Positions 36,922 through 47,764 of a DNA stretch of 64,000 bases are shown here, piece by piece. Source of the DNA: Isurus oxyrinchus (lineage: Eukaryota); the NCBI GenBank assembly GCA_026770705.1, contig JANJGN010000140.1:682001-746000 (forward strand), in the 5' to 3' direction. Made by a program: the position numbers and the translations under genes. The notes beneath the pieces were generated by a model, which was not told where the DNA came from, ran no database searches, and saw nothing but the letters and a program-made list of their open reading frames with translations. Position 1 is the first letter of the stretch, and every line of letters begins with the position of its first letter.

Positions 36922-37427
36922 CAATTTTGTACAGGAGTGAGACTGCATTCCGTCACTGTGAGTCCGTGAAAGCGCAGTATTACACGGCAGCGTTAGTCCG
37001 CTGCAAACCCGAGATGGATAAACAGATGACTTTCTTGAAGGTCTGGAGACCCGAAGACAAGCGAGTTTAGCAAAATCTGCTTTAAATTCATCACCGTCAC
37101 TATCCTTCCTGACCATATACTCGGGCTGTGTGTTGCGTGTTGTCGGTACCAGAATAAGACTAAAGCTGCTCGCTGTAGAATCGTACCTACAGCTCCGTGT
37201 CACTCCTTCTCCCTCTGCCTTAACACGTGTGGACAGCGGCTGAGTCACTGAATCACCATCACTTATATCTGGAAACAAAATAAGAGTGGGCAAGATATGA
37301 ACGGTGGCTGATTAAACATGACCCTGAACCTTGGCTAGGAAACGGGAGAAAAGATGACTTGATGTTCAGTTTACAATTACCTGTGATAAATACTCCCCCG
37401 CACAACCAAGGTGCCGAGCAGCTGCAT
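36922..37427 (-). pseudogene. TCRalpha/delta V pseudogene (exon 36961-37268)
   Basis: GDSVTQPLSTRVKAEGEGVTRSCRYD.. with frameshifts; frameshifted leader. RSS CACAGTG-23-ACAAAATTG. Same family as 27871. Confidence 0.88.
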
Positions 37428-37574
37428 TGTCGCTGCCTGCTCACTCAAAGGGCACTCGCATATTTGAAGGCACCTATTCTAAACCCCGCCCTCAACAATT
37501 TGATGACGTGACTCAAGTGAAGGCACCCATTCCAAAGCTCGCATTTGAACTGTCTGCTCTGTAAAAGGACAGTC

Positions 37575-37760
37575 ATATATTTGAGGGCACCCGTTCTATT
37601 GCCTGGTCCCTGTGACTCCGGAAAGGTATCTGTTGCTTTGCTAAAGGAAATCACAAGGATTGTTTTAAATATCGCTGGGAACTTCCCTCTGCCACTGGTG
37701 TGCCTTTGCACCATGAACCCTACACTGCTACAGAGATTAACCGGATCCCGTACAATGAAA
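37575..37760 (+). pseudogene. 3' V fragment with 24-spacer RSS
   Basis: ..ITRIVLNIAG..CLCTMNP, then TACACTG-24-ACAATGAAA. Confidence 0.6.
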
Positions 37761-38724
37761 CCTTGTCCTGCCAAACGATTGAACAGAACTTATTTCACTT
37801 CCAGATTTTTCAGTTCGGATAAAAAGTTACCCGATCAGAAAATTTAGTTCAGATTTTCTCTCCACTGAGAGGCATCTTTTCCGGCTAAACTTTATTTTTT
37901 CCAGAATGTTCTGTTCTTTTATTTCTAAGCATTTGTGATTCTCAGCGTTTCATGAGCGATTTGAACTGCTATGTTTAACCTGTCTCTGAGCTGTGGTGAT
38001 TACCTTTTATCAATTTGAACGCCTACTGTTTATTGGGCACTGCACGTAGAAAATCTTCGCACCGAGAGACTGGAAGAAAATGGATCTTCTAAACATTTGC
38101 TTTGATTCATTCATGGGATATGGGTGTCGCTTTTAGGCCAGCATTTATTGCCCTGCTCCAATTGCCCTTGCTAAAGGGCGTTTAAGAGTCAATCACATTC
38201 ATGTGGGCCTGGAGTCACATGTAGGCCAGAACGGGTAAGGACGGCAGATTTACGCCCCCAAAGGACATTAGTGAATGAGATGTGTTTATTACCGACAATC
38301 GGCAATGGTTCCGTAGGCATCATTAGACTTTTATTTCCAAATTATTTAGAGAACTCAAATTGCACAGTGAAACGAGGTTTGAAGAGTCAGCCTGTTTTCC
38401 AGGGTTACTCCCTTACGTTTGAAATATTCTGCCTTTGCCTTTCAGGAAGAAATGGTGAAGATTCAGGTTCGGAACCTCTTTCAGAATGAAGAGGTTGTAT
38501 GTTGCCCTGGATATCACTGCACTGCAATTACTTGGCAACCTCCGCCAATTCTGTTTTGCCACTTCCAATATCGGTGGAAGCTCTGAGGTGTTCACTGGGT
38601 CATGGAGCTCGGTGACGGAGTAAATGTTCGCTAAGTCCCAGTTATAGCATCTGCTGTTTTACACAAAGAAAACGAAACGGTTCCCTTAATATTGATGCGG
38701 CCCTTCAATTCGACATCGCCGTTT

Positions 38725-38876
38725 GCTGCTCTGCTGGACACTTTCGGTATCACACGCACACACGCACACACAACACACACGCACACACACAGACACATCC
38801 ACACTCACATACACATTCACATACAGACACCCCTTTAGCAACCTACACTCTGCTGGACACTGCCATAATCACACAT

Positions 38877-38922
<46 letters not shown>

Positions 38923-39047
38923 TTGGCACCTTACTCTCTGCTGGACACCGTCATAACCTCACACACACAGACACAAACACACACCTCTGCAGCAATCTAC
39001 CATCTGCTGAACACTGCTATAATCACGCACATACACATATACAGAAA

Positions 39048-39125
<78 letters not shown>

Positions 39126-39200
39126 ACCACACAAGCAGACCTTTAGCAAGCTACCCTCTGCTGGATACTGTCATAATCACACAAACACACAACACCTTCT
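38725..39200. repeat. Compound minisatellite: (CA)n alternating with CTTTAGCAATCTACCCTCTGCTGGACACTG.CATAAT
   Basis: Directly visible; also at 20000-20250 and 36090-36240. Confidence 0.9.
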
Positions 39201-41714
39201 AGAAGTTACCCTCCAAGCATCACACCATCCTGACCTGGAAATATATCGCCGTTCCATCACTGTCACTGGGTCAAAATCCTGGAACCACCTCCCTACTAGT
39301 ACTGTCGGCAGTTGTTTAAGAAGGCAGCTCACCACCACCTTCTCAAGGGCAATAAAAGATGGGCAAGAAATGCTGGCCCAGCCAGCGTCGCCCACATCCC
39401 ATGAATAAATAAAAAAACCCTTCCAGTAGCTGAGAAACATGATCGCTATTGAGTAATCCGCTGGAGAACATCGGAGCACTGCACGTATACATACAGATAA
39501 ACACACAAGCGCAAACACACATATGCTTTCAAATAGCCACAATAGGTGGTCACAGAAGATGTTGCTGATATTTTTTGGTTAAATTTCAGAAATTTTGAGA
39601 GCGCAATTTCCCTCATATTGCTGCTAGAGACTCATTCCAAAAATTGAAATTTTCATTGCAGCAGTGTACACCCACAGGGCTGTTAGGGAGGGAGATCCAA
39701 GATTTTGACCCAGCGAAAGTGAAGGAACGGCGGTATATTTCCAAGTCAGGATAGTGAGTGACTTGGAGGGGAACGTCCAGCTGGTGGTGTTCCCATCCAT
39801 CTACTGCCCTTGTCCTTCTAGATGCTAGTGGCCGGGGGTTTGGAAGGTGCTGTCAAAGGAGACTTGGTGAGTTCCTGCAGTGCATCTTGCAGATACCATT
39901 CTGCAACCATTCAGTGTATTGATAGAGGAGATCGATGGAGTGAAAGGCAAACAGAAACCGCTAACTTTCCCCTGCAGATATCAACTTGTGTTTCATTCTT
40001 GATTTGAAATGTTGTATCTGGTGATTTCACACAAAACATAAACAAGTGCACAGCAATGGATTGTTTTTAACTAACTTCATTCACTGCAATAATACAAACT
40101 TACCCGTTTGTCAATAGAGATTAAATTCCTCACATACACTTCTGATCTTTAAACTTAACGTTGGAGATAACTGGTGACTTGTTCAGTAGGAGCAGCTGGT
40201 TCCAGAGGTATTGGTTAACACGTTATTTTCAACAGTCATCAGGTTCACCAGCCATTGTGTAACAAGGGAGCTAAATCCCAGAGGTATACAGCTAAACAGC
40301 AAAAATATATCAATCCACAATGCATCCCTGGTTTTCCCACACACCTTCATTAATTTACCTTCTGCTGAACACTGTNNNNNNNNNNNNNNNNNNNNNNNNN
40401 NNNNNNNNNNNNNNNNNNNNNNNNNNNNNNNNNNNNNNNNNNNNNNNNNNNNNNNNNNNNNNNNNNNNNNNNNNNNNNNNNNNNNNNNNNNNNNNNNNNN
40501 NNNNNNNNNNNNNNNNNNNNNNNNNNNNNNNNNNNNNGTTGACCCATTGTATTTGATGTATCTGGGTGAAATCACAATTGCTGGGTAATCCCAGATCCTT
40601 TCGCGCTCCTACAAATGTGTCTACCCACAGCATCGGAACCATTAACGTTTCAGATCTTTGGCAGATACACTATAAGACAATACGACAATTCTCATTTGTT
40701 GTACTGCCAAAATGATAATCGAGATGGTGAGGATGAAAGTAATTAACTCGACGATTGAGAAGAATGAGAGTTGTTGTACAGGATCGGTAACCGTTTCCTA
40801 CAATGTGTATCCTCCCGCAGCCATACACCCTTGTGTGTGAAGCCACAACTTCCTTCCCACAAACAGTGTTATAACCTTTTTCCTGTCAAGACACTTGCCA
40901 AACCGTCCGCTCTCCTTGGTTGCTCTGCCCTGATAGAGGGAGATTATAAATTCTGCTGTCGAGAGTGATAATTTCCAGTACCACTGAATCCAATCATTGT
41001 GCCTGGTAGCCGGATTTGAATCTCTGGCTCCACCAGCTCTTGCTCCCCTGCTCGCTTAGGGATATCCAATCCTACCACAGGGCCCAGTGAATGCAAGCTA
41101 AACATGCAAAACAAGCGTTATTATCCAACCGAGTTTCCTTAAGTCAGAACAGCCCTGTGGAAAGAAAACGGTAAATATCCCAATTGGATGCATCATATTT
41201 CAGAATATTGGTTCTGAAATTCCAGCTGGTTCGTTTGTCTGGAAAACCATCTGGATCAGTGATTGGTTCACATTTCTATGTTTTAAATTGCCAGCGGCTG
41301 GCAAACGCGGAGCCTCTTATGACATTTTGTCGCCTGTGCCGTTATCAGAGAGCTGGGTTTTCATTAACATTCCCCCACGGCATCTCAATAAGTGACTCCT
41401 GCCCCGATCCGTGATTACTCTTTAATATCAGAGCAAGAATATCAACTAACTTTCTAAGTTTAGTTATTTTCTGTCGAAATCGAAATCAGATACTTTCCAT
41501 GTTCCTTTCTGGTAGCAATGGTCTTGTTATACGGTGAGTCTATGTTTAAGTAGTTGTAAACTTCAAATGTTACATCCAGTCCCAGATTTGACAAATTCTG
41601 CATTTTGTTACAGGAGTGACAAAGTTAGTTCTCCGTTGTGTCTGAGTTAACAGTCTGGAAGAACAGTCCATCATATTAAGCTTTAGTTACCGTTCATCCG
41701 AGAGATTTCTCTAC

Positions 41715-42170
41715 CTCTGTTCACAAATCATCCGGACTTAGAGATTTGTCCCCTTTTAAGCCCGCCAACACCTCCAATACCTTGTCACTCCCTATATCAA
41801 TTTGCTTAAGAACCTCACAGTCTCTCTCCCTGAGTTCCATACCTTCATCCTCATTCTCTTGGGTGAAGACAGATGTGAAGTGTTCATTCAACACTCTAGC
41901 GATGTCCTCTGGCTCCACCCATAGATTGCCACCTCCGTCCCTTATGGGCCCTACTCTATCCCTGGTTATCCTCTTCCCATTGATACACTTGCAGAATATC
42001 TTGGGATTTTCCCTACTTTTACCAGCCAGTGCTTTCTCATATCCCCTCTTTGCTCTCCTAGTTACTTTCTTAAGCTCCACCCTGCACTGTCTGTCCTCCA
42101 GTAATGCCTCTGCTGATTTGCTTCCCTACTAAAAGCCTCTTTTCCTTCTCGTCATAACCTCAGACACTTG
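41715..42170 (-). mobile_element. CR1 LINE ORF2 fragment
   Basis: RRAKRGYEKALAGKSRENPKIF..RVGPIRD.GGNL.VEPE, homologous to 23080-23420. Confidence 0.85.
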
Positions 42171-42472
42171 GACCGTGAGCAGGCGGAGGGTAGTCAGAGA
42201 CTTCTGAAGATCCAACCGTCGCTATTTCCGCTCCACCAGTTCCAGGTGCAGCTGAGAGTCACCGCACATTTCCCTCAAAATTGAGTCTGCTTCTCCCTGC
42301 CCACAGCTTCCGTTTGCTGCTGCCGCACTGACCTGATTGTGTTATTGGAGGGATTGCTGCCGCTGGTCCATTCCTCTCATTGATTGGATCAGCAATGCAG
42401 TGGGACGGGGTCTGTATTTCTGCACCAACAGAAGATTTCTTGCCCTGCAGAGTTACAGACTCAGGAAGTATT

Positions 42473-43156
42473 GTGGGGAAGCATCTCGCTCCTCTCCTCA
42501 TCTTTATATCTCTTCTCAGTAAGTATTCCTTTCCCAGTAAAACTCCATTCTCCTCCTGTCTGCTGTAACCCAGATGTTATTGTTGTTAAAATAATAGTGA
42601 TGGCGGTGTTGGTGATTATGTTGATCAATAGGAGGCTGGCGCTGATTGTCTGTTACTATTATTTCTGTTTGAATGGAGCTATCAACACACAGTGGAACAA
42701 CGGATTCCTAAAATAACGTCAAAAGCAGAAAGTAATGTCACAGTGACCTGCACCTAGAAAACAAGTGATTCAAGTCCAAATGTGTACTGGTACCGTCAGC
42801 GCCCCGGGAATCCTCCAATGTACATGTTTCGTCTTATTAGCCGGAATGTGCAAACGAACACCGACCTCAATGATTGGTTTCCTTCCACGTTTGATAAAAA
42901 TAACAAGATTACCGAGCTAACAATCAATGGATCGTTAGCTCGGTAAACTTGTTATTTTTATCAAACGTGGAAGGAAACCAATCATTGGGGTCGGTGTTCG
43001 TTTGCACATTCCGGCTAATAAGATGAAGATCCGTTGATCGTTAGCACAGTCATCTTGTTATTTTTATCAAACGTACTGATCCCCGATACCTCCGTGCACT
43101 TCTGTACCATGGACCCCACACTGCTGCAGTGATATAGCGGGTTCTGTACAAAAACC
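42473..43156 (+). pseudogene. TCRAD V pseudogene with internal fold-back inverted duplications; RSS spacer 24
   Basis: Leader remnant 42473-42518. V reads VEQRIPKIT..VTVTCT*KTS..VYWYRQRPGNPP..TELTING[inversions]LIPDTSVHFCTMDP. RSS CACACTG-24-ACAAAAACC. Confidence 0.85.
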
Positions 43157-43961
43157 CTCACTGGCAGTTCCAGCCAGTGCTCACCAGAGGGCGCGCACAC
43201 ACCGGTAATTCAGTTTCCACTGTGAGAGTGACAGAAAGATTCTGAAAATTGCAACAAAACACACTTGATAACAGCAACTGTTGAGGTCCACTTGTACTGT
43301 CTCATTAGATTGTGATTGCAATTTGTATTTCTAATAGATATGAGACTGACAAATCGGCCTGCCATGCCTAATTTCTCCTTTTTGGTTTTCGACACCTTTC
43401 CCTTCCTGAGTTTTCCTGACCACTCGTCTTCAGACTTTTCTGAAAATTGCGCACATTTCCTTTTCCCGTGTTTAATATAAACGTTTAAGGTTTATCGACT
43501 TCCTTTTACATTCATTCAGGACCACTCCAATCCAGTTGCTCATGTATTCGGTCCTGATTTCAATCCGCAGCGCTGAAGAAGATTTCGCTTACTACTGAAT
43601 GATATACTTACTCTGACACTTCTGTTGCTATCTATGTGGCTCGGAATATGGAATGAAGTATAAACTGAGTTGTGAGAGAGAAGCAAAGTTGTATAATTTT
43701 CGAAGGTGTGATTATTATTCAGTTCAGTTCCTTGTAGATAAATCCTACGTGTGTTAACACTGCCTGAGGTAGCCACGCTCACAGCTTCCATTTGCTGTTG
43801 TCGCTCTGACCTGCCTTGTCTGTCCTGTTTTATTATTGGAGAGATTGTCGCCACTTTGCCTTTTTTGACATTGGTTGGATCAGCAGCGCAGTGGGGAGGC
43901 AATCTCTGTTTCTAAGCTGACAGAGGATTCCAGGACAACAGAATAACAGACTCGGGGGACA

Positions 43962-44432
43962 ACGTGGAAATATGTCAGGCCATTCATTATTATATCGCAT
44001 CTCAGTAAGTATATGTAAAAAAAAAACGTTCTCCCCCCTGGCTACTGTATTCCAAATATTATTTATAGCAAATTGCAAGTAATGATGAAGTAACGATAAA
44101 TATTGTCATTATTTGTGTCGGAACAGAGCAATCAGGATTTAGTGGAGCAGTATGTAACTGAAATGACTGTCAAAGAGGAAGGGAATGTCACCATACCATG
44201 CACTTTGAAAACAAGCCACCCCAGCCCGGGCAGACTCCACAGTTTGTGTTTTATCTCTGCAGAGGGATAATAAAGCGGAACCCAGACTTTACAGAACAAT
44301 TCTTTTGACGCTTTAGCAAGACTATCTGAACTGCTGAGGTAATGATTAGCAAAACCCTGCTCTCTGCCGTGTATTTCTGTGCCTTGGAGCCCCACAATGC
44401 TGCAGAGATATGGAGGATCACGGACAAAAACC
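43962..44432 (+). pseudogene. TCRAD V pseudogene; RSS spacer 24
   Basis: QDLVEQYVTEMTVKEEGNVTIPCTLKTS.. with WYRQ deleted and stops; ends ..AVYFCALEP. RSS CACAATG-24-ACAAAAACC (44393-44432). Confidence 0.85.
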
Positions 44433-45874
44433 CACGCTGGCTCCAACTTGCGTCCCTAGAGGGCACTGAGGCAACAATAAAACGGAAAGAAATAATTCAA
44501 TAAATTTAATAAAAACAGAAGCAATAATTCAGCCACCACAATGAGATTTACATAGGCGTTTAAAATTGCAATGAAACACAACATTCAATAAGAACAGGGG
44601 AGCTCCATTTATAAAATCATACCAACAACTCACATTTATATAAAAATTAAATTTACAGATACACCTGTGGAATCTTAACTGACCTGCCTTTCCCTATATT
44701 TTCGCAGTCTGTTTCCTCTCATCGCCTGTCTTTATTATTTAATCATCGCCCTTTTTATTTCTTCTTACAGTCTTTAGTTCAGAAATATAAAACGTTTGTT
44801 TTTTTGCTCAGAATATTAAGTCAGGACCGCTGAAACTGAACATCCTACAAATATGAACTGTCACATCAAATCAGTGATTAAATAAAGAATCTCTCACAAT
44901 CTGACCAGCGGCGACTGAACATTTCTCAGAATACTCACTAGAGGGCGTGAGGTCGCAGTAATTCTAAATGCATCGGTGGTGAAAATGGATATCAAAGGAG
45001 CGAAAGACAAACTAAAAATGTCTCTGGTTTACTTCTTTTTCTGCTCCATAGCCATTTTCTAACCCCAGCTAAGGTTATTAAAACAGTCTGCTGGTACTCA
45101 ATTCTTGTTAATAAAAACCCGCTCTGCAGCTCATCCTGGAAGCTTTGAACCCGCTCAGGCTCTCTGTTCCCGCCCACTTTAAAGCGATAGGAGACAAGTT
45201 GCTTAAAAAGCGCCGCAACCCAAATTCTCTCTCATCACAAATTCCAAACCTGTATATGATGGATGGTTAGATTAATCATCACAAACACGAAGAATGTCAG
45301 AATTCACAGAGCAAATTGAAACAGAAATTTAAATACAAATCACAGAAAAGGTCAACGCTGATTCAATTACACGCGAGTTTATTATTAATTTTTACTCAGT
45401 GTATGTTCAGTTTCAGCAAATATCATCCTTTCAATATGACGGATCCTAAAAACACTCTGGCAAAATGGCGAAATTATTGTTAGTTCACTACTTCACTGAT
45501 TGAGGAGGGAAATCTCACTGGAGTCACGGTTACCTGTATCCTGTTGTTAAGGCTACTGGAACTTCAGCTGAAGAATTGACGCCAGAATAAACAAACTAAA
45601 TCAGCAAACCCATGCTTCCGGTTACAACAACTAAATAAGGGTTTTAGTCTAACTGTGAAACCATTTCACCTATAAGAACACTGACTGTACCCCAGCTCGG
45701 GATTTTTCAACTCATTGGGAGCCAGTTCACAGCTGACGTCCTCACATCACCACTGGGGACAGAAGAGAGTGAGGTGAGAACATCATGAGACACGACAGCA
45801 GATTGTTCAGGGTGGGGTTTAGAACGGGTATCTTCAAATATCCAACTCCCCTTTTTACAGAGCGAACAGCGACA

Positions 45875-46377
45875 ATGCGGCTACTCAGCATCTGGGTTGT
45901 GTGGGAAGCATTTCTGACAGGTAAATATGAGCCAGACATATTTACTATTTTCCCCTATTTGTCAAAAAATGCCGTAAACGTGAATTTTAAACAGTTCTCG
46001 GTCCGACCATTTTCTGTTTGAACATGTTGTACAGATCTGAGTCGTGGAGATTATGTCATTCAGCCGCTGTCCTCAGAGGGAAAGGCAGAAGGAGAAGCGG
46101 TGACTTTAAACTGTACCTATGAGACAATGAGCAACTATTATTTTTTCTGGTGCCGGCACCATCCAAACTCACAGCCTGAGTTTATATTGTGAAAACACTC
46201 GAGCGGTGGTGAAGATAAAGCAGATTTTTCTAAGACCCGTTTCTCTGCAGAGCTCCAGACCTCGAATAACTTCACCAGTTTAACCATCTCTGGTCTGTAG
46301 CTGACTGACGCTGCCGTGTATTACTGCGCTCTCAGACTCACAGTGATGGAAAGCAGTGTCACCCCTGTGCAAAAACT
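45875..46377 (+). pseudogene. TCRalpha/delta V pseudogene (leader 45875-45920, exon 46035-46338)
   Basis: MRLLSIWVVWEAFLT|..VTLNCTYET..FWCRHHP..FIL*K..SGL*LTDAAVYYCALR (two stops). RSS CACAGTG-23-GCAAAAACT. Confidence 0.92.
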
Positions 46378-47304
46378 GCCTTGGCACTGTGAATAAGGGC
46401 TCCTGTCTGTTGGGGTTTGTAGAGAATCTCGGGCAGATGCAGTGTCAGCTTGTCGGCCTCTCAAACACAAACCGAGAGGAAACTACATTAACCTCGGATC
46501 AAACTGTTACTAACCGTTTCCAGGAGCGACCGACAGGATAAACTGCAGAACTCTATCCGACCGAGAGAGCCATCACAGAATCTGATTTGAAGACATCCAT
46601 TCTAAACCCCACCCTCAATAATTTGCTGTCGTGTCTCAAGATGCTCTCACTTCACTTCCTTGTGTCTCCGTTGGCCTGCGAGATCCGTCGGTGGTGAGCT
46701 GTCTGGCATTGAAGGGAAATATCCCGAGCTGGACTGCAGTCAGTTCCCTGATAGGGGAATGGCTGCACTTGTAGAGACGGAGGTTGGGGGAATGAAATCC
46801 CGGTCTGTTCATTGTCACAAGCAAACTCGGGATTGTTAATGGTGACAGAAAACATTCCAGCATTAAGGAAACATTCTGAAGCTCAATCTGTACTTGGGGT
46901 TTGTTTTAAAGAACGCACCCTTGTGAAATCTGTTCATTGTGCATAAACATTTTCTGACCCAGCAACACACTCTGATCAAATAAACCCTGTGAACAGCTCT
47001 AGCTATAAGGCTCCAGGAAACTGAAAAGGGAGATTAAAAAATGGTTGTTCAATATTACAGACAGGCACTGAAACTGCAGTAAAATACATTGTGTAAATTA
47101 AAGTAAATAAACATATGAAGGTCGGTTATAATACAAATGCGAATTTAAATAATCTAATATAATTCTGCAAGTGTTCCTGACCTCTTCTTGTTGAGTGTTG
47201 TGTTTTGTTATGATCTTTCAGGAATGTCCCTTTGACTCTCTTTGCGGTGATTGAATTATTGTTTCTCTTTATCGATGCGAGATCACAGTTGAACTCCCAG
47301 TGAG

Positions 47305-47764
47305 GGTTTCAGCATGGGATCCGCTATATCTCTGCAACAATGTCGGTTCATAGCATAGAAATACACCACGCTCTTGGCGAGAATCACCCTTGCGATAGTT
47401 AGAGGAAACGTTTTGTTTCCATTGTGAAAATCAGCAAATAACCTGTTTGGTAAGTTTGGAGACCTCGCTTCATTCCCCAAGTTATATATCTTCAGTAATA
47501 TCTTAGAACTTCCCCGGGACACTGAATATACTGGAACAGAGTGGGAGCAAGTTAGTTTGTCGAGTACCGAAAGTCTGCCTTTCCCGAAGCATTAACTCAG
47601 AAGGATCCTGGAACACTGGATCATCGCTAATTGTTGCTGTAGCACAAATCCAGAATGCTTCAAACTCAGAGGGTCAATACAACGCCTGGATAACACACTA
47701 ATTAAACATAGATTCACCAGGCAGTAAGGCCAGTTTCATCAGGAAGGAACATGGGGGAATTCAT
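47305..47764 (-). pseudogene. TCRAD V pseudogene; RSS spacer 24
   Basis: ..KILLKIYNLGNEARSPNLPNRLFA..TFPLTIARVILAKSVVYFYAMN. RSS GACATTG-24-GCTGAAACC. Confidence 0.75.

Noticed and set aside
38725-39200. CRISPR-like repeat-spacer array
   Set aside because: The spacers are (CA)n, the repeats are degenerate and the context is vertebrate; it is a compound minisatellite.
41600-41700. Orphan RSS-like CACAACG with a possible V 3' remnant beside a LINE
   Set aside because: Spacer and nonamer imperfect; coding remnant not recognisable.
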